DNA of 64,000 nucleotides from Gammaproteobacteria bacterium (GTDB lineage: Bacteria > Pseudomonadota > Gammaproteobacteria > Eutrophobiales > Eutrophobiaceae), in the NCBI GenBank assembly GCA_965222155.1, contig CBDCTH010000012.1, positions 288,001 through 352,000 of the forward strand, given 5' to 3'. The stretch's first letter is position 1, and every line of letters begins with the position of its first letter. This document shows, piece after piece, positions 31,355-41,523 of this stretch. A model generated the notes under the pieces. It worked only from the letters and a program-made list of their open reading frames with translations, searched no databases and was not told the origin of the DNA. The translations under genes and the position numbers were made by a program.

Positions 31355-31367
31355 CACGGACTCTACC

Positions 31368-32942
31368 GTGTCGGCTGGATTTAAATCGCTGGTTTCTTTA
31401 TTTATCGCCCTGGTAATTTATTTTCCGCTTGTTTTATCGGCAGAAGCGCAGCCAAACATAATTTTAATCCTGTCCGACAACCAGAGCAGTTCGTTATTGG
31501 GAACATACGGCAACAAAGAAATAAAAACCCCGAATATTGACAGACTGGCAAATGAGGGTATCAGGTTTAATAATGCTTTCGCCGTAAACGGGGTCTGCTC
31601 TCCCACCAGGGCAACCCTGTTGACCGGTTTGATACCGTCACAAACGGGCATACACGTCGCCTTACCGTCAGATATCAACGTGCCAGGCTGGTCCGGGATA
31701 GAGGAATTCCGTTCTCTCCCCCAGACCCTTTCGGAAGCGGGTTACAACACTGGGCTTGTGGGCAAGTACCATTTAGGCATGCCGCATAAACCGCAACTGG
31801 GGTTCAAATACTGGGTAACATTTCCCTCGGGGCACACGACCACGTTTTATGATCAAACAGTGATCGATAACGGCGAAACTTATGCAGTTGCCAGACACCT
31901 GACTGATTTCTGGACAGAGAAAGCAGTCAAGTTTCTTTCCGGACAAAATAAGGACAAGCCTTTTTTCCTGTATCTCGCCTATAATGGCCCGTATAACTTG
32001 CCGCCGACGGTAACCATGGAACCAAATAACCGGCATGCCGCGTATTACACAGAAAATACCCCATCCATGCCGCAGGAAAAAATACATCTTTACCTGAAAA
32101 ACTGGGCCCAGGGAGGGCGCGGGCCGACGAGCTTGATGGTGAAGGAAGGCACAACCGCATGGACGGCCATAGAGGCGTTGAATAATAAGACGGCGATGAT
32201 CAACGCCGCTTCGGAAACAGCCATGGTGGATGACGGCGTCGGCGCCGTTATGCAGAAACTGAAGGAACTGGGAATGGATCACAATACCATAGTGATCTAT
32301 ACCTCGGACCAGGGCGCTTCCTACGGGCACCACGGTCTGTTTGGAAATACATCCTGGTCTTTTCCCTTTACGGCGCATAACATCAACATGCAGATTCCGC
32401 TTATCGTCCGTCATCCCGGCAGGATTCCGCGTGGTATCGAAAGCTCCAGGTTCATCAACCAGTTTGACCTGTTTCCAACTTTACTGGGATACATTGGTAT
32501 GGGCGATAAAAGCATTGCCAATACCCCGGGGAAAGACTTTTCGCCGATGCTGCTCGGTAAAGACATTGATAAATGGGATGATGCAGCGTTTTTTGAATTC
32601 GTCACTGTCAGGGTAATCCGAACGCCGGGATGGAAGTACATGAAGCGGCTGGATGATGACGAGCCGAATACACTTTACGATCTCAGGAACGATCCTGAAG
32701 AACGGGTGAACCTGATTGATCATCCCGCTTATATGGATGTCGCCAGGGAACTGGACAGGCGCCTTACGACCTTCTTCGACAGATACAGCGACAAAACCTA
32801 TGACTTATGGAAAGGGGGTACGGCCAAGGGCATATTATTGCAAAAATACTATGGTCGTAACGATATCTTCACCAGCAGGTTCCCCGACTGGAAAGAACCT
32901 TCACTCGAAAAAGCAAAACACATTTTTACCGACGTCAGGTAG
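31368..32942 (+). CDS. Secreted sulfatase (formylglycine type)
   Basis: PNIILILSDN, CSPTRATLLTG (CxPxR), GKYHLG, SDQG. Confidence 0.92.
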   Translation: MSAGFKSLVSLFIALVIYFPLVLSAEAQPNIILILSDNQSSSLLGTYGNKEIKTPNIDRLANEGIRFNNAFAVNGVCSPTRATLLTGLIPSQTGIHVALPSDINVPGWSGIEEFRSLPQTLSEAGYNTGLVGKYHLGMPHKPQLGFKYWVTFPSGHTTTFYDQTVIDNGETYAVARHLTDFWTEKAVKFLSGQNKDKPFFLYLAYNGPYNLPPTVTMEPNNRHAAYYTENTPSMPQEKIHLYLKNWAQGGRGPTSLMVKEGTTAWTAIEALNNKTAMINAASETAMVDDGVGAVMQKLKELGMDHNTIVIYTSDQGASYGHHGLFGNTSWSFPFTAHNINMQIPLIVRHPGRIPRGIESSRFINQFDLFPTLLGYIGMGDKSIANTPGKDFSPMLLGKDIDKWDDAAFFEFVTVRVIRTPGWKYMKRLDDDEPNTLYDLRNDPEERVNLIDHPAYMDVARELDRRLTTFFDRYSDKTYDLWKGGTAKGILLQKYYGRNDIFTSRFPDWKEPSLEKAKHIFTDVR

Positions 32943-32954
32943 AGGGTCGGCATC

Positions 32955-34313
32955 ATGAATAAATATTCCGGAAATATTCTCCTGATCATCGCGGTCTGTG
33001 GATTTTGTATCAGCAGCACCGGTCACACCAGACAGCCGAATCCTTACGCAGTCGGGCCGGAGACGATAATCATCCATGCAGGTAGTTTACTGGATATGCC
33101 CGGCAATCCGGCTAAGCAGCAACAAACCGTTGTTGTCAAGGGAGGAAAGATCGACAGCGTCCATGCCGGTTTTTTGGGAAAAAGTGAAATCGAAGGAAAT
33201 GATAATGACGAGGTCTTAATCGATTTACGCGATCAATTCGTCATGCCGGGTTTTATCGATTTGCACGTACATATCAGCAAGGAATATGGACAGAATGCGA
33301 AACTGGAAACTGTAACGATGGGCGATGCGGACAACTCGCTGACTGCTGCCATGTATGCGCATCGTACACTTGATGCCGGATTTACCACGATAAGGGACCT
33401 GGGTTCACGGGGTCGTTCAGTATTCGCTTTACGCGCTGCGATCAGGGCCGGAAAAGTTCCGGGCCCCAGGATTCTCGTAGCCGGCGAAGCTATTAGCGCT
33501 ACCGGCGGACACGGTGATATACATGGTTTCAGGCAGGAGGTACTGGAGGCCATCCCATCGACGGCAACCTGCGACGGGCCGGACTCCTGTCGTGCAGCCG
33601 TACGGCGACAGGTAAAACGCGGGGCTGACGTGATCAAGGTTACGGCAACCGGCGGCGTGTTAAGCGAAACAGCGGCGGGCACAGGCCAACAGCTTACCGA
33701 TGATGAACTGAAAGCCATCGTGGAAACCGCTCATAGTCTGGGGCGTAAAGTTACTGCTCATGCCCATGCCAGGGAGGGCATCGAAGCCGCCCTGCGCGCA
33801 GGCATGGATTCCATCGAACACGCCATGTGGGCGGATGAAGACACGATGAAGTTATTCGTCGAGACGGGGGCATGGATGATCCCGACCATTTATCCCATAA
33901 CAGCGGTCGGTGATACACCGGAGAAAATGAAAAAAGGCCCCTTTGGTCACTTGCCTGCACCCGTTATGGAAAAACTGCTGCAGTTGGGCAGACAACCCAA
34001 GGACATGGGCGCTTTGGCCTATAAAATGGGAGTGAAGATAGCTTTGGGAACAGATTCAGGCGTCTCTCCGCATGGAGAAAATCCCAATGAGTTTATCGAA
34101 TATGTCAACATCGGCATGTCAAACATGGAGGCGTTGATGGCGGGTACCATCAATGCGGCCATAGCCGCAGGCATTGAGAAAAAAACCGGTTCGCTTGAGT
34201 CCGGCAAGGCGGCAGATATCGTCGCGCTGCCGGGCAACCCGCTGGATGATATAAATGCGGTGCTGGAGGTCGGGTTTGTTATGCGGGATGGGATTGTTTT
34301 CAAACATCAATGA
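32955..34313 (+). CDS. Second secreted metal-dependent amidohydrolase (paralog of 30017..31354)
   Basis: PGFIDLHVH, TGGHGD, IKV, AHAH, SIEH, GTDSG. Confidence 0.88.
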   Translation: MNKYSGNILLIIAVCGFCISSTGHTRQPNPYAVGPETIIIHAGSLLDMPGNPAKQQQTVVVKGGKIDSVHAGFLGKSEIEGNDNDEVLIDLRDQFVMPGFIDLHVHISKEYGQNAKLETVTMGDADNSLTAAMYAHRTLDAGFTTIRDLGSRGRSVFALRAAIRAGKVPGPRILVAGEAISATGGHGDIHGFRQEVLEAIPSTATCDGPDSCRAAVRRQVKRGADVIKVTATGGVLSETAAGTGQQLTDDELKAIVETAHSLGRKVTAHAHAREGIEAALRAGMDSIEHAMWADEDTMKLFVETGAWMIPTIYPITAVGDTPEKMKKGPFGHLPAPVMEKLLQLGRQPKDMGALAYKMGVKIALGTDSGVSPHGENPNEFIEYVNIGMSNMEALMAGTINAAIAAGIEKKTGSLESGKAADIVALPGNPLDDINAVLEVGFVMRDGIVFKHQ

Positions 34314-35488
34314 ACAACAGACTATTCAGGCGTAAATTCATTCAACTGACATCAGCCGGCCTGGCGGCGCTCCCGTTCGGCTTGAAATCTCCTCCCGTAG
34401 AAGCCGGATCCCCGGCTATCAGGGACATGATAATCATTAATGCCCTGGGGGGATTATCCAACCAGAACCTGTGGGTCGAATCCCGGAGTAGCCAACGTAA
34501 GGGTGATGGCGGTAATTTGATTAAACGAATGCGTAGCGTAGATGCGCGTGCCATCAATGATACCCATGCTTCCGGAACAACCGCGATAAATGTCACTCTC
34601 GGCTATGTCTCGGGGCCGGAAGCGCCCTATGAGTATACTATTAAGGACATTTCTGAATGGAATTCAATAATACGTGAACAGCGCGCTGATCTTGTCAAGA
34701 TCTGGAGTGCGGAGGATATCCTGGCAGCGAAACGGGAAAATAAAATCGGTATAATTTTTGGTTTCCAGAACGCGGCAAGTGTCGGTGATGATACGGGTCG
34801 CGTTAAGGTCTTCGCCAATCTTGGCGTACGCATTATACAATTGACCTATAACGACCGTAATCAAATCGGCGACGGATGTGCAGTGCAGGAAAACAGTGGA
34901 TTAACGTCGTTCGGCCATAAAGTGGTCGAGGCCCTTAACCAATACAAGGTATTGGTGGACCTGAGCCACAGCGGGGAGCAAACCTGCCTGGATGCAATAA
35001 AGACGTCAGAGGCGCCCATCACGATTTCTCATACCGGCTGCCGGGCTATTACGAATCTACCCCGCAACAAGACCGATGAAGAATTACGCCTGGTTGCTGA
35101 GGGAGGAGGCATTGTCGGTATCTACTTCATGCCATTCCTGAAACGCGATGGTCACGCCCTGGCCGAAGATGTTGTCCGTCATATTGAGCACGCGCTTAAT
35201 GTATGCGGACAGGATCACGTAGGAATAGGTACTGATGGGGATGCGACTGCAATCGACGATATGACGAAATATCGAGTCGCTATCGCCGGCGAAGTGGAAC
35301 AACGTAAAAAAGCCGGTATTGGTGCCAGCGGAGAATCCAGCCAGGTTGTGCCGCTGGTGCCCGACTTGATGGGGCCGACACAATTTCAAAAACTCGCCGA
35401 CATGTTGCATAAGCGAGGCCACTCCACAAACAGCATTGAAAAAGTACTGGGTCTGAACTTTCTGAGACTGATGAAAGAGGTGTGGTGA
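34310..35488 (+). CDS. Membrane dipeptidase (M19) with Tat signal
   Basis: FRRKFI twin-arginine motif, QLTYN, VDLSH, SHTG...RNKTD, HVGIGTD. Confidence 0.88.
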   Translation: MNNRLFRRKFIQLTSAGLAALPFGLKSPPVEAGSPAIRDMIIINALGGLSNQNLWVESRSSQRKGDGGNLIKRMRSVDARAINDTHASGTTAINVTLGYVSGPEAPYEYTIKDISEWNSIIREQRADLVKIWSAEDILAAKRENKIGIIFGFQNAASVGDDTGRVKVFANLGVRIIQLTYNDRNQIGDGCAVQENSGLTSFGHKVVEALNQYKVLVDLSHSGEQTCLDAIKTSEAPITISHTGCRAITNLPRNKTDEELRLVAEGGGIVGIYFMPFLKRDGHALAEDVVRHIEHALNVCGQDHVGIGTDGDATAIDDMTKYRVAIAGEVEQRKKAGIGASGESSQVVPLVPDLMGPTQFQKLADMLHKRGHSTNSIEKVLGLNFLRLMKEVW

Positions 35489-35593
35489 GGCTCAGGACAA
35501 GATCATACTTTTTGTCCTAAGCAGGGAACTTAAGGATGTTATGGGGATCATAGCAGTATTACCCCCAACTTGAGGAGAAAATGATGAGTTTAC

Positions 35594-36088
35594 CAGCCGT
35601 TCCCGCTAACTCCCGTGAGTTGGGGCATCCTGCCCTCGTGGAGGGCGAGACGCCCTCCCTCCCAGGGGAAATGCCCGTGACTCCTGGGGGACAGATTTAA
35701 ATCTGTCCCCTCCACACAAGAACAGTATGCGGGGGACACTCAAGCAGGCCGGGTGGAGTGATACGAGACGGGCGGAGATTCTATCTGGACAGTCCTTATA
35801 ACAGATATAAAAAAGTATGCGGTTGCCCTGGTCTCGTCATTCCGGCGCAGGCCGTCAAGAATAGAAAACCAGCTGTATAACTCAGTGCGTCATTCCGGCG
35901 CAGGCCGGAATCCAGTTAACAAACCAACCTTCTACCATAAGGAACCGTCTTTTTCGACTGGATTTGCATCCTACGCTCCGTTGACGGCACATCCCCCTGC
36001 TTACAGCCTGCAGGGGCAGGCTATGTGCCACTACTCGGCCTGCGCCGGAATGACGATAACCCGGATTCTAAAGTATGCGTTCGCCCTG
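35594..36088. repeat. Intergenic cluster of stacked repeats (partial MITE B, GGGGAC palindrome, CGTC REPs, AAAGTATGCG(G/T)T(T/C)GCCCTG x2)
   Basis: Direct matches to copies elsewhere in the window. Confidence 0.8.
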
Positions 36089-36229
36089 TGGTCAGGCTGA
36101 TAAACTAAAAAATTTTATTTGCAATATACGGCGTCAGAGTATATCCTCATAGTCACAGGGTAGTTCACGGGGCGCGGCTTGCGCTGCGTGGGCTGTTAGG
36201 AAGGAGTTGCAGGAAAGTAACGGAGCATC

Positions 36230-37900
36230 ATGGAATTGTTACAAGGGATTTACGGGTTTACGGATAGGCCATCCCCGACAGGATACCGCTTTGGGATGGG
36301 ACGGGTTATTAAGGATGGGTCCGCGAGCAGGCGGATTGTCACCTGTCTGCTTTGCTTCACTGTTTTCGCCGCGTGCGCAAAATTCACTCCCGAACCGCCG
36401 ACGCCTTCGACAGGACATCTCACCGTAACAGCCGATACGAGCCTGTCCGGCGATATTCCCGAGATTGTCCGGCAACCCCCGCCCGTTCCTGAGCCTGCGC
36501 CGTTGCAGCACGAGGAAAGGTACACGGTAGTCGTTAATGAAGTCCCCGTAACGGAACTGTTGTTTGCCCTGGCGCGGGATGCGCAAGTGAATGTCGATAT
36601 TGCTCCGGGTATCAGCGGCCTTGTGACCATGAACGCGGTGGAGCAGACCTTGCCGCAGTTATTGCAGCGCATAGCCCGGCAGGCAGGCTTGCGCCATTCG
36701 ATAGAGGAAGACAGCGTATTCATCGCCCCGGACGAGCCGTATTTCCGCACCTACCGAATTGATTACCTGAACATGGCTCGTGATACGTCCCACGTCGTAC
36801 AGGTCGGTACACAGATTGCCGGAACCGGCAACAGTGCAGAAGGTGGCGGCGGAACGAATAATTCGACCACAACTATCGCCAGCACGATGTCCAACCATTT
36901 CTGGGCCAGCTTGGTGGCGAACGTCACTGCCATCCTGGATTCGGATGGTTCAGTCGACGCTAAGTCGATGGCTGGTAATGCCGTCATCCCCCATCCCGAA
37001 TCAGGTGTTTTGACCATAAAGGCAACCGCTGCACAACATGAATTACTGCAGAAACTGATTAACCAGACCCTCACCAACGCTAATCGCCAGGTGTTGATAC
37101 AGGCGACAATTGTCGAAGTGAGTCTGACGGACCAGTTCCAGGCCGGCATCGACTGGCAGGTGCTCAACCAGGCCGGTCTCGCCGGATTTAACCTGACAAC
37201 GAAAACGATCACGGCAAACCCCGTTAATGCCGCTTCCCTGTTTTCCCTGCGTTATGACGATCCCAACCCGGACCGGGAGCGGGTGTTCAGCGCCGCCCTG
37301 GAATTGCTGGAGGAGTTCGGCGACGTAAGCGTGTTGTCGAGTCCGCAGATCATGGCCCTGAACAATCAAACGGCCATCCTGAAGGTGGTCGATAACGTGG
37401 TCTATTTTGAAGTGGAACAGGAAAGCAACGTCACTCAGGGCGTTGCAGCCAGTACCTTTGAGACAATCGTAAAAACCGTACCGGTGGGCATAGTCATGAC
37501 TATCACGCCGCTCATCAAAGCCGATGATTCCATCATTCTTAACATCAGGCCCAGCATTTCCCGGATCAACCGGTTTGTCAACGACCCGAACCCGGCATTG
37601 TCGGTCACCAGCCCGGTACCGGAAATCCGGGTACGCGAAATGGAATCCATGTTGCAGTTGAAAAACGGCGAGATCGCGGTCATGGGCGGGCTGATGCAGG
37701 ATGAAAATCGCAAAAACGACAACGTCATTCCCGGGCTTTCCCGGATACCGGTCCTGGGCAATGCCTTCAAGATGGCTATGCGCGAGTACGGAAAGACCGA
37801 ACTGGTTATATTTCTGCGTCCGCTTATTATCCGTAACCCAAGCCTGGAGGGTGATTTCAGTTCTTATAAACAGTTCTTTCCGGGAGAAAACAATGAGTAA
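36230..37900 (+). CDS. Secretin, MshL/PilQ/GspD family (lipoprotein)
   Basis: Lipobox VFAAC, QVLIQATIVEV, VLSSPQIMALNNQTA, VMGGL, KTELVIFLRP. The start may be ATG 36296. Confidence 0.9.
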   Translation: MELLQGIYGFTDRPSPTGYRFGMGRVIKDGSASRRIVTCLLCFTVFAACAKFTPEPPTPSTGHLTVTADTSLSGDIPEIVRQPPPVPEPAPLQHEERYTVVVNEVPVTELLFALARDAQVNVDIAPGISGLVTMNAVEQTLPQLLQRIARQAGLRHSIEEDSVFIAPDEPYFRTYRIDYLNMARDTSHVVQVGTQIAGTGNSAEGGGGTNNSTTTIASTMSNHFWASLVANVTAILDSDGSVDAKSMAGNAVIPHPESGVLTIKATAAQHELLQKLINQTLTNANRQVLIQATIVEVSLTDQFQAGIDWQVLNQAGLAGFNLTTKTITANPVNAASLFSLRYDDPNPDRERVFSAALELLEEFGDVSVLSSPQIMALNNQTAILKVVDNVVYFEVEQESNVTQGVAASTFETIVKTVPVGIVMTITPLIKADDSIILNIRPSISRINRFVNDPNPALSVTSPVPEIRVREMESMLQLKNGEIAVMGGLMQDENRKNDNVIPGLSRIPVLGNAFKMAMREYGKTELVIFLRPLIIRNPSLEGDFSSYKQFFPGENNE

Positions 37901-38612
37901 CACGGAAATCCATCGGGGGGCAGGGATCAGAGCTATGTTTTTTCCGGCGTTGATTGTTTTCGGCGCCTGTGCCGTTTCCACGGTGCTCCAGTCCGTCGGG
38001 GCAGAACCGGATCCAGCGCCGATCAGTGTCATACGCACGGAAGCCGTCGAAAACAAGGACGACCAGGCGAATGCGGCTTACCGGGCTTACCAGGCCGGCA
38101 ATTTGGACGCTGCCAAATCCGGCTATGCAGACGTATTACAAACATATCCGGACAACCGCAATGCCATGCTGGGGCTGGCAGCTTGCGCAGTTAGGGAAGG
38201 AGATATCAAGACCGCGCAAAGCATGTATCAGCGAATAACCCGCGCCTTTCCGCAGGATACCTTCTCCAGAGCCGCGTTGATTGGCCTGCAAGGAGACCGG
38301 CAGGGAGAGCCCGTCATCAGGCAACTATTGTCAAGGCAACCGGATAACCCGTTTCTGTATGTTACCCTGGGTCAGCTCCTGGCAGCGCAAACGCGCTGGG
38401 CCGAGGCGCAACAAGCCTTTTCTGCAGCTCACCGTATGGAGCCTGCCAACCCGGTTTATACCCTTAACCTGGCTATCAGCCTGGACAGGATGGGGCAGAG
38501 AGAGGAAGCGCTGAGTTATTATCGCATCACCCTGAAACTGGTAGAGGCCGGCGCTTCGAACCTGGATATCCGGCCGGTCATCAGACGCATTCAGTCATTG
38601 CGACGGCCGTGA
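37893..38612 (+). CDS. TPR protein (MshN-like)
   Basis: AYRAYQAG...PDNRNAMLGLA...WAEAQQAF...NLAISLD; overlaps the secretin stop. Confidence 0.8.
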   Translation: MSNTEIHRGAGIRAMFFPALIVFGACAVSTVLQSVGAEPDPAPISVIRTEAVENKDDQANAAYRAYQAGNLDAAKSGYADVLQTYPDNRNAMLGLAACAVREGDIKTAQSMYQRITRAFPQDTFSRAALIGLQGDRQGEPVIRQLLSRQPDNPFLYVTLGQLLAAQTRWAEAQQAFSAAHRMEPANPVYTLNLAISLDRMGQREEALSYYRITLKLVEAGASNLDIRPVIRRIQSLRRP

Positions 38613-40321
38613 CTATGTCCAATCCACACCTGCGTTTGGGCGAGATACTCGTCAGTAGAGGGATCGTTACATCCGACCAGCTTGAAATTGCGCTGCTGGA
38701 GCAGAAGAAGCACCGGGAGTTACTGGGGAAAATCCTGGTTCGCCTGGGGTTCGCAACTGAGGCGATCATTCATGATGTCATCAGTGGTGCGTTCGGGCAG
38801 CAGTGCGTTGATTTGCAATCCAGCGTGGCCGACAGTGAAGCGATAGCCATGGTCCCGGAAGAACTGGCCCGGAGTCTGCATGCCGTGCCTGTCAGCTATG
38901 ACTCAGTCCGCAGATTGCTGAAAGTAGCGCTGGCGGATACTTTTGACATTGTTGCCCTGGACCAGGTCAATGCTCACCTGGGCGGTGCGGCAGACGTTGT
39001 CCCCGTGCTCGCTGCAGAGGCGGAAATTGAGAAATCCATCGATCGGTTCTACGGCTATGAGCTGTCCGTTGACGGTATTCTGAACGAGATAGAAACGGGC
39101 GAACTCGACTACCAGAGCCTTGCCGCGCAGAGCAATGAATACAGCCAACCGGTTGTCCGCCTGGTCAATGCGCTGTTATCCGATGCGGTTAAGCGCGGTG
39201 CCTCGGATATCCATTTTGAGCCGGAACAGGGATTTCTCCGTTTTCGCTACCGCATAGACGGCGTACTCCGGCAGGTACGCAGCCTGCATAAAAACTACTG
39301 GTCGGCGCTTGTCGTCCGTGTGAAAGTAATGGCGGGGCTGGACATTGCCGAAACCCGCGCGCCGCAGGATGGCCGTATTTCCCTGTCCCTGTCTGGCCGG
39401 CAGGTGGATTTTCGCGTATCCACACTACCTACCCTGCACGGTGAAAATATAGTCCTGCGAGTCCTGGATCGGCAAAAAGGTATCGTTGCCCTGGATCAAT
39501 TGGGTCTGGCGAATTCGGATCTGACTGCTCTGAAGGACATGGTAACGCGTCCGGAAGGCCTCATCCTGGTGACCGGGCCTACCGGCAGCGGCAAGACCAC
39601 CACCTTGTACTCGGTTTTACAATACCTGAGCACCGAATCCGTCAATATCATGACCCTGGAAGACCCTGTTGAATATTCCACCTCCATGATCAGGCAGACC
39701 CAGGCCAACGCAACAACAAAACTCGATTTCGCCGACGGCATCCGATCGATACTGCGCCAGGACCCGGATGTTATCCTGGTCGGAGAAATACGCGATGAAG
39801 ACACCGCAACCATGGCCTTGCGCGCAGCCATGACCGGTCACCGAGTGTTTTCCACCCTGCATTCCAATTCTGCGGTCGGCGTCATCCCGCGCCTGCTCGA
39901 TATAGGCATCAAACCTGGAATCCTGGCTGGAAATATCATCGGCGTGGTGGCGCAAAGACTGGTGCGCAAGCTATGTAATGACTGTAAGGAACCGGTTGAC
40001 AGGAACTATCCCTTGCCCGACTCGCGAGTAGCAGATGAATCACTCATTGTTTACCGGCCCGTAGGGTGCCCGGCCTGCATAGATCAGGGCTATCGCGGCC
40101 GCATGGCATTGATGGAAATATTGTTGTTCGATTCTGACATGGACGAATTGGTTGCCCGTGGCGGAACGCCCCGGGAACTCTCCGGTATGGCCCTGGCAAA
40201 AGGTTTCAAGCCCCTCAGCGATGCAGCGATGAGCAAGATCGTTGAAGGTTCCACCAGCCTTGAAGAAGTTGCCCGCGTGGTGGATTTCGGCAATAGCCGG
40301 GCACAGGTCCGATATTCATGA
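38609..40321 (+). CDS. GspE/PilB/MshE assembly ATPase with MshEN domain
   Basis: RLGEILVSRGIVTSDQLEIALLEQ, ASDIH, GPTGSGKTT, LRQDPDVILVGEIRD, CxxC...CxxC. Confidence 0.95.
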   Translation: MTMSNPHLRLGEILVSRGIVTSDQLEIALLEQKKHRELLGKILVRLGFATEAIIHDVISGAFGQQCVDLQSSVADSEAIAMVPEELARSLHAVPVSYDSVRRLLKVALADTFDIVALDQVNAHLGGAADVVPVLAAEAEIEKSIDRFYGYELSVDGILNEIETGELDYQSLAAQSNEYSQPVVRLVNALLSDAVKRGASDIHFEPEQGFLRFRYRIDGVLRQVRSLHKNYWSALVVRVKVMAGLDIAETRAPQDGRISLSLSGRQVDFRVSTLPTLHGENIVLRVLDRQKGIVALDQLGLANSDLTALKDMVTRPEGLILVTGPTGSGKTTTLYSVLQYLSTESVNIMTLEDPVEYSTSMIRQTQANATTKLDFADGIRSILRQDPDVILVGEIRDEDTATMALRAAMTGHRVFSTLHSNSAVGVIPRLLDIGIKPGILAGNIIGVVAQRLVRKLCNDCKEPVDRNYPLPDSRVADESLIVYRPVGCPACIDQGYRGRMALMEILLFDSDMDELVARGGTPRELSGMALAKGFKPLSDAAMSKIVEGSTSLEEVARVVDFGNSRAQVRYS

Positions 40322-41523
40322 GTTATTACAGGTATAAGGGGATCGATGCCCGCGGCCGCATGAAGAAAGGGAAAATGAGCGCCTCCAATGGAGCGGACCT
40401 GGAAATACGACTGCGGAAAATGGGACTGGAGCTGATCAGCTACAAAACAAACCGATCACCGGGCTTACGCCTGCCGCTACGCCGGGTGAAAAAGCGCGAC
40501 CTGATTTTATTTTGTTTTCACCTGGAACAGACCTTGCGCGCCGGCGTGTCTATCCTGGAAAGTCTGCAAGACCTGCGCGACAGCGCGGACAACCCCCGGT
40601 TACGGGAGGTCTGTGCGTCAATGCTTGAATCTATTGAAGGTGGCAAGACCTTGTCGGAAGCCATGCGCGAGTTTCCCGACGCGTTCAGCGAGGTATTCAT
40701 CAACCTGATCCGGGCGGGAGAGCAAACCGGCGATTTGGGCAGCATACTGGACAGGCTGGGAGCAAACCTGAAATGGCAGGACGAACAGGCATCCATGGCC
40801 GTGAAGCTGATCATATACCCGGTTTTCACCGGCACAGTCATCAGCGCCGTGGTGTTTTTTCTGATGACTTACCTGGTGCCGGAACTGCTGGCATTCGTCA
40901 GGACCACAGGTTCGGAATTACCAGCCCATACCGTATTGTTGATCACAGTATCCGGCGGGTTTGCCGACTATCGGTATCTTATTCTGTCTGCCCCGCCGTT
41001 GATTGCCATTCTCGTAGTTATCGGCGCCAAAACCAGTCCCGGATTCCGGCTTGCGCTGGATCGGTTCAAGTTATCTGCGCCGGTGGTTGGCCCGGTGCTG
41101 GAGAAGCTGATCCTGGCGCGGCTCTCCGGTCTGTTTGCCATGATGTATACATCGGGCATCACGGTTATCGATTGCATCAGCGCCGCTGAACGTAGCGCCG
41201 GCAATCTTGTCATTGAAAAGGCGATGAACAGCATCGGCAACGCTGTGGCGGACGGTAAAAGCCTGGCTGACAGCTTTGCGGCAAGCGGACTGTTCCCGCC
41301 CCTGATCCTGCGCATGATCCGGGTTGGAGAAACAACCGGCGCCCTGGCGCTGTCCCTTGAGAACGTTGCCTATTTCTACACGCGCGATGTGCGGGAGTCC
41401 ATAGGCAGACTGCAATCAATGATAGAACCGATAATGACGCTGTTGTTGGGAGTCATTATCGGCTGGGTCATGGTTTCCGTTTTAGGGCCGATTTATGATC
41501 TCATTACCGATCTCAGGATATAA
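40318..41523 (+). CDS. PilC/GspF/MshG platform protein
   Basis: AGEQTG, GETTG, IEP repeats; three TM segments. Confidence 0.93.
   Translation: MSYYRYKGIDARGRMKKGKMSASNGADLEIRLRKMGLELISYKTNRSPGLRLPLRRVKKRDLILFCFHLEQTLRAGVSILESLQDLRDSADNPRLREVCASMLESIEGGKTLSEAMREFPDAFSEVFINLIRAGEQTGDLGSILDRLGANLKWQDEQASMAVKLIIYPVFTGTVISAVVFFLMTYLVPELLAFVRTTGSELPAHTVLLITVSGGFADYRYLILSAPPLIAILVVIGAKTSPGFRLALDRFKLSAPVVGPVLEKLILARLSGLFAMMYTSGITVIDCISAAERSAGNLVIEKAMNSIGNAVADGKSLADSFAASGLFPPLILRMIRVGETTGALALSLENVAYFYTRDVRESIGRLQSMIEPIMTLLLGVIIGWVMVSVLGPIYDLITDLRI

Noticed and set aside
37043-38056. 337-aa antisense ORF, and similar long ORFs at 7382, 26317, 31773, 49196, 59665 and 62840
   Set aside because: They overlap well-supported genes on the opposite strand and have no recognisable motifs.
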